Shown here in pieces: positions 19,981-33,400 of a DNA stretch of 64,000 nucleotides (position 1 is the first letter of the stretch; each line of letters opens with the position of its first letter). The stretch lies in the NCBI GenBank assembly GCA_963648925.1, contig CAVJFO010000015.1, forward strand, positions 39,383-103,382, read 5' to 3'. The notes under the pieces were generated by a model, which was not told the origin of the DNA, made no database searches, and was given only the letters and a program-made list of their open reading frames with translations. The stretch is from Hallerella sp. Its GTDB lineage: Bacteria > Bacillota_I > Bacilli_A > RFN20 > CAG-826. The translations under genes and the position numbers were made by a program.

Positions 19981-20030
19981 CAAAGGGGTTTTACTGGGGT
20001 TTATTGGAATTTTGAGTATTTGATGGGGAC
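19981..20030 (-). repeat. copy C (divergent) of the C-rich element
   Basis: The minus strand reads CCAATAAACCCCAGTAAAACCCCTTTGTTTT. It spans the last codons and stop of the 227-aa gene and ends 14 nt before the terminator stem. Confidence 0.6.
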
Positions 20031-20674
20031 TGAGAGGAAACAGCCGCTTTCATGTCATCAAAATAATCAAAGTCATCTAAACTCTTTTCAAATATCGAAT
20101 GTGAAAGTTTGCTAATTCTTGCCGCTCTAGCTAAATATGCTTGAATAACAACTAAATACCAGCCAATTGCAAGAAGCCACAATGGAACAAGAATATAAGA
20201 TCCCCAATATTCATTATGCCAGGTTGGAGATGAAATCAGATCTGGCCATTTTGCCAATAAGTTTAATCCCCAAAAATTCGCAAAGTTATTTGGGTTGCCC
20301 CAATCAAAATTAAATAGCAACGTTGAGAATTCTCCAAAATAATCTCTTGCCCAAATTCCGTATATTGTTGAATTTATAATCCAAATAAGTAAGGAAAAAA
20401 AGCCTATTGCAAATGGAATAACAGCCATTCGGACTAATTGACGATTGTTTTTTGCGTTACCATATTTCTTTAATTGTTCTGGCGTAGTTATGACACGCAT
20501 AATAACCGCTTCATGGACTTCGTAATCCATTCTTTTTCCAAAATGAATGGTAACCGTTCTAATTAACGCACCAATTAAGCCGATAATAATGAAAAGGAAT
20601 ATCATTACGATCAATAGGATGATTAAAAGCCTTTTATCGGATTCGTTGAGCGAAAAATCTATGAGAAATTTCAT
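19991..20674 (-). CDS. hypothetical membrane protein (third gene of a 3-gene membrane operon)
   Basis: 227-aa ORF with about 4 TM segments and a Trp/aromatic-rich loop. Its start overlaps the upstream stop by 4 nt. Confidence 0.65.
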   Translation of the reverse strand: MKFLIDFSLNESDKRLLIILLIVMIFLFIIIGLIGALIRTVTIHFGKRMDYEVHEAVIMRVITTPEQLKKYGNAKNNRQLVRMAVIPFAIGFFSLLIWIINSTIYGIWARDYFGEFSTLLFNFDWGNPNNFANFWGLNLLAKWPDLISSPTWHNEYWGSYILVPLWLLAIGWYLVVIQAYLARAARISKLSHSIFEKSLDDFDYFDDMKAAVSSQSPSNTQNSNKPQ

Positions 20675-21252
20675 AAATCATCTCCTCCTTCATCATCGTG
20701 TGATATATCAATAAATTGTGCGTTTTCAGTAGGGGTGAATGTCGGTTGTTGAGATATCTGATTAGATGGGTTTTGCAGGGGATTTTGCGATATTTGAGTT
20801 GGTTGTGGCGATGGATTTTGAATACCAATTGGCTGTTGTTGGCTTGGCTGATTTAAATAAGCTTGTTGATTTGTTTGGTTTGGTAATGGCTGTTGGAATG
20901 GAGATGGGTTTTGTTGAACGTTATTAAGCGGTTGCTGGTTGAATTGCGGTTGAGGTTGCTGATAATAGTTTTGTTGAATATAAACTCGATTATCAGGAGA
21001 CGCAGGAGTTTGAGGCTGATTTTGTTGTTCGTTTAATTCAACTTGTCTAGCCTTGATTTCTTGAACTTTAATGTCTTCTGGAAGAGGCTTAAAAAACTTA
21101 TCTCCCTTAAAGAATCTAATCAGTCCTTTAACCACGTAATAAATGATCACTCCTAAAGCAAAGACGCTTGCTAGGGCGGCGATAACGAGGAAAATAGGCA
21201 ACAAGAAGAAATATACTAATCCTAAGCCAAAGTTTTTTAATGCTTTTTTCAT
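20671..21252 (-). CDS. hypothetical membrane-anchored protein with Q/N/P-rich low-complexity tail
   Basis: 193-aa ORF. An N-terminal TM hairpin is followed by ~120 aa dominated by Q, N and P, and the protein ends in DDEGGDDL. Confidence 0.65.
   Translation of the reverse strand: MKKALKNFGLGLVYFFLLPIFLVIAALASVFALGVIIYYVVKGLIRFFKGDKFFKPLPEDIKVQEIKARQVELNEQQNQPQTPASPDNRVYIQQNYYQQPQPQFNQQPLNNVQQNPSPFQQPLPNQTNQQAYLNQPSQQQPIGIQNPSPQPTQISQNPLQNPSNQISQQPTFTPTENAQFIDISHDDEGGDDL
20765..20800 (-). repeat. copy E of the C-rich element, embedded in a coding sequence
   Basis: The minus strand reads ATATCGCAAAATCCCCTGCAAAACCCATC and encodes QISQNPLQNPS inside the Q/N/P-rich tail. Confidence 0.65.
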
Positions 21253-22154
21253 TCTTTTCCTCCTTTCGACTCCTTAAATAATAAACTTGAAACGCAACTA
21301 CATAAAGAAATGGATACAAAAAATGTTAAAAAGAGTAAAGGTGCCACGCTTTTATCCAGTTTTGCATAGAAGAACGCAAAAATGTAAAAAGAAGCAAAAA
21401 GCAAAATTCCTAATACCATATATAACCACCATGGATTTTTCCTGAACAAATCTTTAGTTGACGCTAAAGATAAATAAACACCTATTGCAGCCAAAAAGTA
21501 AGCTAGCCAAGGAAGAACGAATCCAATTCCGAATGAAGTAAAAAGGAAAACAAGTGAAGAAATTGATAGAACAATATTTAGTTCTCTTTTTGATTTTTTT
21601 ATTATGAGATTTGGAGAGGCGATGGAAATTATAAATAAAGAAATGAATATTTGAATCAAGGCGTAAATAAACATAAACGTTGGAACTAAATCATAAACGA
21701 ATGCCTTATCTTGCAAGTTTAGTAATTTTACGATCGTTTCGATAAAATCGATGCCGTATATCAGTTTGAGAAGTAAAAGAGTCAAATAATTGAGTCCAAC
21801 CTTCAATAAAGACAAAAAGAAGACCGTTATTGTTAAGGGAAACTCTTTTTTCAAAAAGAAGCCAAACAGAGAACCGATTATTATGGCTGGCACAACGTCA
21901 AAGAGAGTGGTTGAAATATTGTATACCGTGCACAAAAGCGAAACGACAATACTCCCAATAACATAAAATGGCAAATATTTATCTTTGCAAAAATAAGTCG
22001 TTAACGCACATATTAGAGGAAGAAAAAGGATTACAAAAAGCGAAGAAAGAGGGAGGAACGTGCATAATAGGGAAAATCCAACAACAACTCCAGCGGAAAT
22101 GCCCATAAAGGCTATATTCTCATTAGGCGTCTCTCTTTCTCTTAAAAATTTCAT
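21249..22154 (-). CDS. hypothetical polytopic membrane protein (first gene of the 3-gene operon)
   Basis: 301-aa ORF with about 8 hydrophobic segments. Overlaps the next gene by 4 nt. Confidence 0.65.
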   Translation of the reverse strand: MKFLRERETPNENIAFMGISAGVVVGFSLLCTFLPLSSLFVILFLPLICALTTYFCKDKYLPFYVIGSIVVSLLCTVYNISTTLFDVVPAIIIGSLFGFFLKKEFPLTITVFFLSLLKVGLNYLTLLLLKLIYGIDFIETIVKLLNLQDKAFVYDLVPTFMFIYALIQIFISLFIISIASPNLIIKKSKRELNIVLSISSLVFLFTSFGIGFVLPWLAYFLAAIGVYLSLASTKDLFRKNPWWLYMVLGILLFASFYIFAFFYAKLDKSVAPLLFLTFFVSISLCSCVSSLLFKESKGGKE

Positions 22155-22282
22155 GATTATATTATCTTTAAATTCATTATCAAAATAAAGAATTTATGAC
22201 CCCTAAAATTTTTCATATTAAAGGCTCTATCATATGGAAGAAGAAGATTGAAAATGGTAAAATTAACTTCAGTTAAAACATT

Positions 22283-26604
<4,322 letters not shown>

Positions 26605-26632
26605 TAATTTATTTTGTCCGAAATCATAAAAT

Positions 26633-26664
26633 GCCCCCTTTATATAAGTGAAGGAGGCTTTTTA
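26633..26664 (+). terminator. ligA terminator hairpin whose 3' arm contains the comFA Shine-Dalgarno
   Basis: GCCCCCTT (26633-26640) pairs with AAGGAGGC (26651-26658) with one mismatch, followed by TTTTT. ATG 26669 lies 11 nt after the AAGGAGG. Confidence 0.55.
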
Positions 26665-26668
26665 ATTT

Positions 26669-27811
26669 ATGGATTTTGCATGTGAAAGATGCGGTAACCA
26701 TAATCCCAAATATTTCGGTCTTCTAAACGGAAAACCCTACTGCCGCAAATGCATATCTTTTAAAGGAAAGGAGGTAAGATACAAAAAGCCTTCTTCAAAA
26801 GATGCACCTTTAAACCTTCATTATTGTTTGTCACAAGAACAAGCTAAATTAAGTGAGACTATAGTTAATAATTATAAAAAAGGCATTGATACACTCGTTT
26901 ATGCTGTTTGTGGAGCAGGTAAGACGGAAATATCGTACGCATTAATGTCTTATGCGATATACAACGGATTAACGGTTGGATTTGCTCTTCCAAGACGGGA
27001 TGTCGTAATTGAACTTTATTGGCGTTTAAAAGATGCTTTTCCAAAAAATAAAATCGTTGCGGTATATGGTCAACATACAAATAACTTAGAAGGTGATATT
27101 GTTATCCTAACAACCCATCAACTATATCGTTATAAAAATTATTTTGATTGCCTGATAATGGATGAGATAGACGCATTCCCATTTCAAGGGAATGACGTGC
27201 TTATCGCAATGTACAAAAAATCAGTAAGAGGGAATGTGTTGTTGATGAGTGCAACGCCTTCAGATGGCATATTGCAAGAATTCAAACAAGAAGGACATTC
27301 GATTCTTGAATTGCGGACTCGATTCCACAAGAAAGAAATCCCAGTTCCCGTAAACAAAATAATGCCCGATTTCTTATCTTTCTTTTATGTTTTGTATAAA
27401 TTGAAAAAATATAAAAAGGAAGGTAAACCAGTATTTATTTTCACTCCTTCGATTGAATTGTGCGAATCTCTTTATTTTGTTTTGTCTAAATTCATAAAAG
27501 GAGGTGAATATGTACATTCAAAAAGAGAAAAGAGAGGGGAAATAATAGGGAATTTTAAAAATAATCAATATTCTTACCTTGTTACTACATCCGTTTTAGA
27601 AAGGGGTGTAACTTTTAAAAATCTTCAGGTGATAGTCGTAAATGCTGATGAAGATAGCATTTATAATTCTTCAACTCTTATTCAAATTGCTGGGAGGGTC
27701 GGAAGGAAAATGGATGCTCCTGATGGGGATGTGATTTTCATATCCGAAGTTGAAACGCCAAGCATAAGGAGAGCAATAAATGAAATTAAATTTTGCAACA
27801 CCTTTTTGTAA
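26669..27811 (+). CDS. comFA: ComFA-like DEAD/DEAH-box helicase (DNA-uptake ATPase)
   Basis: N-terminal Zn finger CERCGN..CRKC, Walker A CGAGKTE, MDEIDAF and SATP. Followed by comFC. Confidence 0.8.
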   Translation: MDFACERCGNHNPKYFGLLNGKPYCRKCISFKGKEVRYKKPSSKDAPLNLHYCLSQEQAKLSETIVNNYKKGIDTLVYAVCGAGKTEISYALMSYAIYNGLTVGFALPRRDVVIELYWRLKDAFPKNKIVAVYGQHTNNLEGDIVILTTHQLYRYKNYFDCLIMDEIDAFPFQGNDVLIAMYKKSVRGNVLLMSATPSDGILQEFKQEGHSILELRTRFHKKEIPVPVNKIMPDFLSFFYVLYKLKKYKKEGKPVFIFTPSIELCESLYFVLSKFIKGGEYVHSKREKRGEIIGNFKNNQYSYLVTTSVLERGVTFKNLQVIVVNADEDSIYNSSTLIQIAGRVGRKMDAPDGDVIFISEVETPSIRRAINEIKFCNTFL

Positions 27812-28421
27812 GATTTGTTTCCGTGAAAACCCATCTAATTCTATGGCTTCATTAATAGCTACAGAAACTCATATATGTCATAAGTGTTTTTTGGAAATGG
27901 AAGCAAAAATAATGAATTTTAAACTCGGAGATTTTCCTGCAACGAGTTGTTATTATTACAATGATAAATTAAAAGAAATGATCTACCAATTTAAAGGATG
28001 CTTTGATATAGAGCTAGGCGAATTATTTCTAGTCAATCAAAAGAAGTATTTACAATTGAAATATCGTGATTATTATTTAGTTCCTGCCCCATCATTTGAA
28101 AATAAAAATGCCGAACGTGGATTTAATCATGTTGAGGAAATGTTTAAAGGGATTGGAAAGGGGTATATCAAAGCGATTGTTAAGAAAGATGACGTAAAAC
28201 AGGCTGATTTGAATTTTAACGAACGACAAAAGATAGGTGAACACCTTTCGTGGAATGAAGGAGTTGATGTTAATGGCAAAAAAATCCTTTTTGTGGATGA
28301 TTTAATCACGACTGGGGCAACAGCAAAGGCCTGTTGCAACCTAATTTCCTTACACGGCGCTAAACGAGTAAAAATACTTTCTGTGTGCCGCACTAAACCA
28401 CCAAAGAGAGCAAAACATTAA
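27780..28421 (+). CDS. comFC: ComFC, phosphoribosyltransferase-fold competence protein
   Basis: N-terminal CKIC...CHKC Zn motif and PRT motif VDDLITTGAT. Overlaps comFA by 32 nt. Confidence 0.8.
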   Translation: MKLNFATPFCKICFRENPSNSMASLIATETHICHKCFLEMEAKIMNFKLGDFPATSCYYYNDKLKEMIYQFKGCFDIELGELFLVNQKKYLQLKYRDYYLVPAPSFENKNAERGFNHVEEMFKGIGKGYIKAIVKKDDVKQADLNFNERQKIGEHLSWNEGVDVNGKKILFVDDLITTGATAKACCNLISLHGAKRVKILSVCRTKPPKRAKH

Positions 28422-28485
28422 CGGTTTCATTGATTACCATTAATGGTAATGATAGAATTTCAAAGAAGTTTTTTAGGAGATTACT

Positions 28486-31239
28486 GTGGCTAACATAATT
28501 GAAAAGATATTCCGTATCGAAAAAAGAGAATTGAATAAGTATTATCGCGAGTCTGAACAAGTTATGGCTTATGACGAAGAAATGAGCAAATTAACTGATG
28601 ATGAACTTCGCGCAAAGACTGCTGAATTCAAAGAAAAATTAAAGAATGGCGCTACGCTTGAGTCCATAAAATATGAAGCTTATGCTGTGGCTCGTGAAGC
28701 AGGATGGCGTGTTTTAAAACAAAAACCATTCCAAGTTCAGATCATTGGTTCATTAGTTTTGAACAATGGCGATATCGCCGAAATGAAAACTGGTGAAGGT
28801 AAGACTTTAACAGAAACAATGGCCGTTTATCTTAACGCTTTAACCGGGAAAGGCGTCCACGTTATTACGGTTAACGAATATCTCGCTTCTCGTGATGCTG
28901 AATGGATGGGTCAAATCTATCGTTTCTTAGGCTTAACTGTCGGCGTGAACCTTGCTTCTAAATCGGCAGCAGAAAAACGCGAAGCCTATGCATGTGATAT
29001 TACTTATACGACAAACTCTGAATTAGGTTTCGATTATCTTCGTGATAACATGGCTCCGGATTTAACTGGCCGCGTACTTCGTGGATTATATTTCTGCGTA
29101 GTTGACGAAGCAGACTCTGTTTTAGTTGATGAATCTAGAACTCCATTAATTATTTCTGGTGGAACACGTACTGCCGCCTCACAATATCAAGTGGCAGACC
29201 GTTTTGTTAAAGTTCTTAAAAAAGATGTCGATTTTACAATTGATATTAAAGACAAGACATGTTCTTTAACCGACGAAGGAAACAACAAAGCAGAAAGGAT
29301 GTTTGGCATTCGTAATCTATACGATCCAGAATATCAAGATCTCGTCCACAGAATTCACCAAGCTTTAAAGGCCAATTACATTATGGCTCGTGATGTCGAG
29401 TACATGGTTGATGCCGATCACACAATCCAACTCATTGACCAATTTACCGGCCGTATAATGCCTGGCAGAGAATATAACGACGGTCTTCAACAAGCCATTC
29501 AAGCTAAAGAAGGCGTTGAAATCAAACAAGAAACTGTCGTTATGGCTACAATTACATATCAGAATTTCTTCCGTTTATATGAAAAGCTCTCTGGTATGAC
29601 TGGTACTGCTAAGACCGAAGAAGAAGAATTCCAAACGATTTACAACATGAAGGTTGTTGTAATTCCAACCAATAGACCAATCCAACGTAAGGATGCTACA
29701 GACTTTATTTTTGGCACTCACAAGGAGAAACTTGATGCCTTAGTCAAGGCCGTAAAGGAAAGACACGAAAAAGGACAACCAGTACTTATTGGTACGGTAT
29801 CAGTCGAATCTAATGAAGAAATTTCTGCTTTATTATCTAAAGCTGGCATTCCTCATGAGGTCTTAAACGCTAAGAACCAAGCTCGTGAAGCTGAAATTAT
29901 TGCTCACGCTGGCGAAGTTGGCGCGGTTACTCTTGCTACTAACATGGCTGGTCGTGGTACTGATATTAAACTAAGCGATGAAGTTAAGGCGCTTGGCGGT
30001 CTTTGCGTTTTTGGAACTGAGCGCCATGAATCCCGCCGTATCGATAACCAGTTACGTGGTCGTGCTGGACGTCAAGGCGATCCTGGTTTCACCCGTTTCT
30101 TTATTTCTTTTGACGACGAATTATTAAGACGTTTTGCACCAGATAATCTTCGCGAACAATTTAGCAAGAACGCAGATGGCGAACCAATTGAATCTAAATT
30201 GCTAACAAGCGCTGTAACTAACGCTCAAAAACAAATTGAAGGAAAGAACTTCGATATTCGTAAAAACTTAAAGGATTACGATGATGTTTTAGCTAAGCAA
30301 AGAGATATCATTTATAAGAAACGTGATGCTATTTTAATGGCAGACGACATTGTTGATTTAATCCACGATTTCTTTAAGACAACCGGTACATATCTTTGCA
30401 AACAAGCAATCGATAAGAACGCTAACTTGGATATAGTTTCAGGCGAAGCCTTAAAACGTCTTGTTGAACCTCAATTCTTGCCTGCTGGGTCAATTGCTGC
30501 CGCTGCATATGATGGCGCTCCAATTGATGAAGCTGGTGAAGATTTAGGTGAAATTCTCTACGCTTCATATTTAAGCAAACGTAAGACGTGGCCTGCCGAA
30601 GACGCAGATAAGATTGAACGCAATATTTCTTTAAGAGTTATTGACCGTAATTGGCAAGGACACATTGATACAATGTCTCATTTGCGTGACGGTATCAACT
30701 TAAGAAGTTATGCACAAAAGAATCCTTTACAAGATTACGTTAACGAAGGCTATGACTTATTTGCCGAGATGAACGAAAAAGCTGCTGTTGATACTGCATT
30801 TAATTTAATAAATGTTCGTTTGCAAAAGAAAGCTCCTGCACCTCAACCTCAAGTAAGTTCTGATGCTATCGATAATCAACAAAGCAAACAGGAAGGAACA
30901 ACAATTGGTGCAATAAAGCCTGAAAAAATAGTTGTCGCTAAACCTGTTAAAGAAGCTGAAAAGCCAGTGGAAGAAAAGGTTGAAGAGAAGCCTACGCAAC
31001 CTGCTCAAGTTTCTGAAACTCCTGTCAAACCTTCAGAAGGTGAACCTATTGTCCCACATCTTACAAGAGCCGATCCGTTACCACAACCAACTGACGACAT
31101 GACTTTAGAACAAAAAGTCAAACTTGCAGAAGGAAACTTACGCCGCGCAAACCGCGATCTTATCGGTGATGAAGCATACGCAAAAGTTATCAAAGATTAC
31201 AATGATGCAGTTGCAGCCCTCGAAGCAAGTAAAAAATAA
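28486..31239 (+). CDS. secA: preprotein translocase ATPase SecA
   Basis: GTG start after an AGGAG RBS. Motifs MKTGEGKTL, VDEADSVLVDE and TNMAGRGTDI. It has a Pro/Glu/Lys-rich C-terminal extension and no terminal Cys cluster. Confidence 0.97.
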   Translation: MANIIEKIFRIEKRELNKYYRESEQVMAYDEEMSKLTDDELRAKTAEFKEKLKNGATLESIKYEAYAVAREAGWRVLKQKPFQVQIIGSLVLNNGDIAEMKTGEGKTLTETMAVYLNALTGKGVHVITVNEYLASRDAEWMGQIYRFLGLTVGVNLASKSAAEKREAYACDITYTTNSELGFDYLRDNMAPDLTGRVLRGLYFCVVDEADSVLVDESRTPLIISGGTRTAASQYQVADRFVKVLKKDVDFTIDIKDKTCSLTDEGNNKAERMFGIRNLYDPEYQDLVHRIHQALKANYIMARDVEYMVDADHTIQLIDQFTGRIMPGREYNDGLQQAIQAKEGVEIKQETVVMATITYQNFFRLYEKLSGMTGTAKTEEEEFQTIYNMKVVVIPTNRPIQRKDATDFIFGTHKEKLDALVKAVKERHEKGQPVLIGTVSVESNEEISALLSKAGIPHEVLNAKNQAREAEIIAHAGEVGAVTLATNMAGRGTDIKLSDEVKALGGLCVFGTERHESRRIDNQLRGRAGRQGDPGFTRFFISFDDELLRRFAPDNLREQFSKNADGEPIESKLLTSAVTNAQKQIEGKNFDIRKNLKDYDDVLAKQRDIIYKKRDAILMADDIVDLIHDFFKTTGTYLCKQAIDKNANLDIVSGEALKRLVEPQFLPAGSIAAAAYDGAPIDEAGEDLGEILYASYLSKRKTWPAEDADKIERNISLRVIDRNWQGHIDTMSHLRDGINLRSYAQKNPLQDYVNEGYDLFAEMNEKAAVDTAFNLINVRLQKKAPAPQPQVSSDAIDNQQSKQEGTTIGAIKPEKIVVAKPVKEAEKPVEEKVEEKPTQPAQVSETPVKPSEGEPIVPHLTRADPLPQPTDDMTLEQKVKLAEGNLRRANRDLIGDEAYAKVIKDYNDAVAALEASKK

Positions 31240-31266
31240 TAAAGATAGTAATATAAAAAGGAATAT

Positions 31267-32383
31267 ATGAAAGAGCTAGTCGAATTAAAACAAGAAACTC
31301 AAGAAATTGGGAAACTCGTTTCGCAGCTCGGTGGTTCTCTTTGACCTCACTAAGCTAAAAAACGAAATAGACACCTTAAGCGAAGAACAAAATAAAGAAG
31401 ATTTTTGGAATGATCAAAAATCTGCTTTAGAAGTCGTCGAAAAGCTTAACGATGCTAAATATAAATATGATACATATAATCAAATCCAAGGGGATTTTGA
31501 TGGGGTTTTTGAGCTTTTGAACGATTCTGACGCCAATTCAGAAGAGATGAGAGAACTCATTGAAGAAACAATTAATGCATTAAAAAAGAAGATTCATGAA
31601 TTGAGAAATGATCTTCTTTTTACTGGTGAATACGATTCTTTGAATGCGACAATCGAAATCCATCCTGGAGCGGGTGGAACAGAAGCTCAAGACTGGGCTG
31701 ATATGCTTTTTAGAATGTACGGACGCTGGGCCGAGAAACATCATTACAAATGGCAAGTGTATTCATATGAAAATGGTGAAGAAGCCGGTATGAAATCTTG
31801 CATGGTTAAAGTATCCGGAAAAAATGCTTATGGCCTTTTAAAGGGTGAAAAAGGCGTTCACCGTTTAGTTCGCATTTCACCTTTTGACGCTAATGCTAGA
31901 CGCCATACTTCTTTTGCCTCTGTAAACGTAGTTCCAGAATTTGGCAAAGTCGCAGATGTTGTTATCGATCAAAAAGATTTACGCGTTGATACATTCCGTT
32001 CTGGCGGAGCTGGAGGACAAAACGTCAATAAGGTATCATCTGCAGTTAGAATTACGCACATTCCAACTGGAATTGTTGTATCGTGCGAAATTGAACGTTC
32101 ACAGTTATTCAACAAGCAAACATGTATGGAGATGCTTGCTGATAAGTTAATGCAAAGAAAACTTGAAGAACGCGATGCTAAAATGAAATCAATTGTCGGT
32201 GAGCAAAAAAATATTGAATGGGGCTCACAGATTCGATCTTATGTTTTCTGCCCATACACTATGGTCAAAGACCATCGTACTGATTATCAAACAGCTGATG
32301 TTTCAGGCGTAATGGATGGAGATATCGACGATTTCTTATCAGCTTATTTAGAGATGCTTTCTAGAGAAGGCAAAAAAGGATAG
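31267..32383 (+). CDS. prfB: peptide chain release factor 2, requires programmed +1 frameshift at 31339-31345
   Basis: Frame 0 runs from ATG 31267 (MKELVELKQETQEIGKLVSQLGGSL) to CTT TGA C. The +1 frame continues DLTKLKNEIDTL and carries the SPF and GGQ motifs. Confidence 0.95.
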
Positions 32384-32389
32384 AAAATT

Positions 32390-33400
32390 ATGGCGGGCAC
32401 AATCAAAAAAGTAACTCGTTCTGAAACTTATAAAAAAGTAAAAGATTTCGCGCTTGTGATTATCGGATGCATTCTTTTTGCTTTTGGTGATGCTGTTTTT
32501 CTTAATAAATGGGACATAGTCTCAGGCGGCGTTTCATCCGTTGGTATAATGGTTGATACCTTTGTTGAACCCTTATTGGGGTTTGGCATCCGCGATATCG
32601 TTGTAGCGGTTGTTCAAGTTGCTCTATGGTTTTTAGGCTTATTTTTACTCGGAAAGAAGTTTTCCATTAAGACGGCAATTGCTATGATTGCCTACCCTGG
32701 TTTTTATGCTTTATTTTATCGTTTGGATATCGGAACGCACTTGGGATTGAGTGGACTTTATCCTCCCGAAGGTGTTTCTTTGACTTCATATGTTTTAACT
32801 GGCAGCGATGTTTCTAATCTGATTTTTTGCGCTATTATTGGTGGCATCCTTGATGGCATTGCGGTTGGCATGGCCTTCTTAGGGCACGCTTCAACTGGAG
32901 GCTTTGCTATTTTGTCTAGCATACTTGCTAAATTTACGAGCATAAAAGAAGATATCTCAAGTTTCTTTATTGATGGGATCTTAATTCTTTTAGGCACCTT
33001 GCTTAGATTATCTCAACCAAGCGTTGGCATTTGTTGTTTAGGCGGTATTCTTTCGTCTATGACATGTTCAATTGCCATTCAATTTATTTACATTAACGCC
33101 GACCGTTATGTTATTTGCGATGTTATTTCCGAAAAATACCAAGAAATATCTGATTTCGTTATTAAGGATTTAGATCATTCCGTTACTCTTATTGATGCGA
33201 TTGGCGGATACACCGGTGAAAAAAGGAAATTACTTAGAGCCGTCATCAATAAATCAGAGCAGATAGATCTTGAAAGAAAAATTGCCGAGGTTGATCCTAA
33301 CGCTTTTGTTTCTTTCTACAAAGCCAATACTATTAACGGCGAAGGATTTTTGCCATTATCAATGAGAAAAAAGAAAAAGGGGAAGAAAATAGATGAGTGA
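32390..33400 (+). CDS. YitT family membrane protein (DUF2179 C-terminal domain)
   Basis: Five or six TM segments with the GG..G pattern of YitT proteins, plus a soluble C-terminal domain. Confidence 0.7.
   Translation: MAGTIKKVTRSETYKKVKDFALVIIGCILFAFGDAVFLNKWDIVSGGVSSVGIMVDTFVEPLLGFGIRDIVVAVVQVALWFLGLFLLGKKFSIKTAIAMIAYPGFYALFYRLDIGTHLGLSGLYPPEGVSLTSYVLTGSDVSNLIFCAIIGGILDGIAVGMAFLGHASTGGFAILSSILAKFTSIKEDISSFFIDGILILLGTLLRLSQPSVGICCLGGILSSMTCSIAIQFIYINADRYVICDVISEKYQEISDFVIKDLDHSVTLIDAIGGYTGEKRKLLRAVINKSEQIDLERKIAEVDPNAFVSFYKANTINGEGFLPLSMRKKKKGKKIDE

Noticed and set aside
19985-20029. Intramolecular G-quadruplex formed by the G-rich strand of the dispersed element
   Set aside because: Most copies have only two GGGG runs, and copy C has three. 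Four are needed for a unimolecular G4. In addition, the G-rich strand is consistently the non-transcribed one.
31307-31345. TTG 31307 as the prfB start (the ORF-track model)
   Set aside because: The upstream frame-0 ORF from ATG 31267 ending in CTT TGA C is the textbook RF2 frameshift arrangement. The TTG start would give an N-terminus (MGNSFRSSVVLF) unlike RF2.
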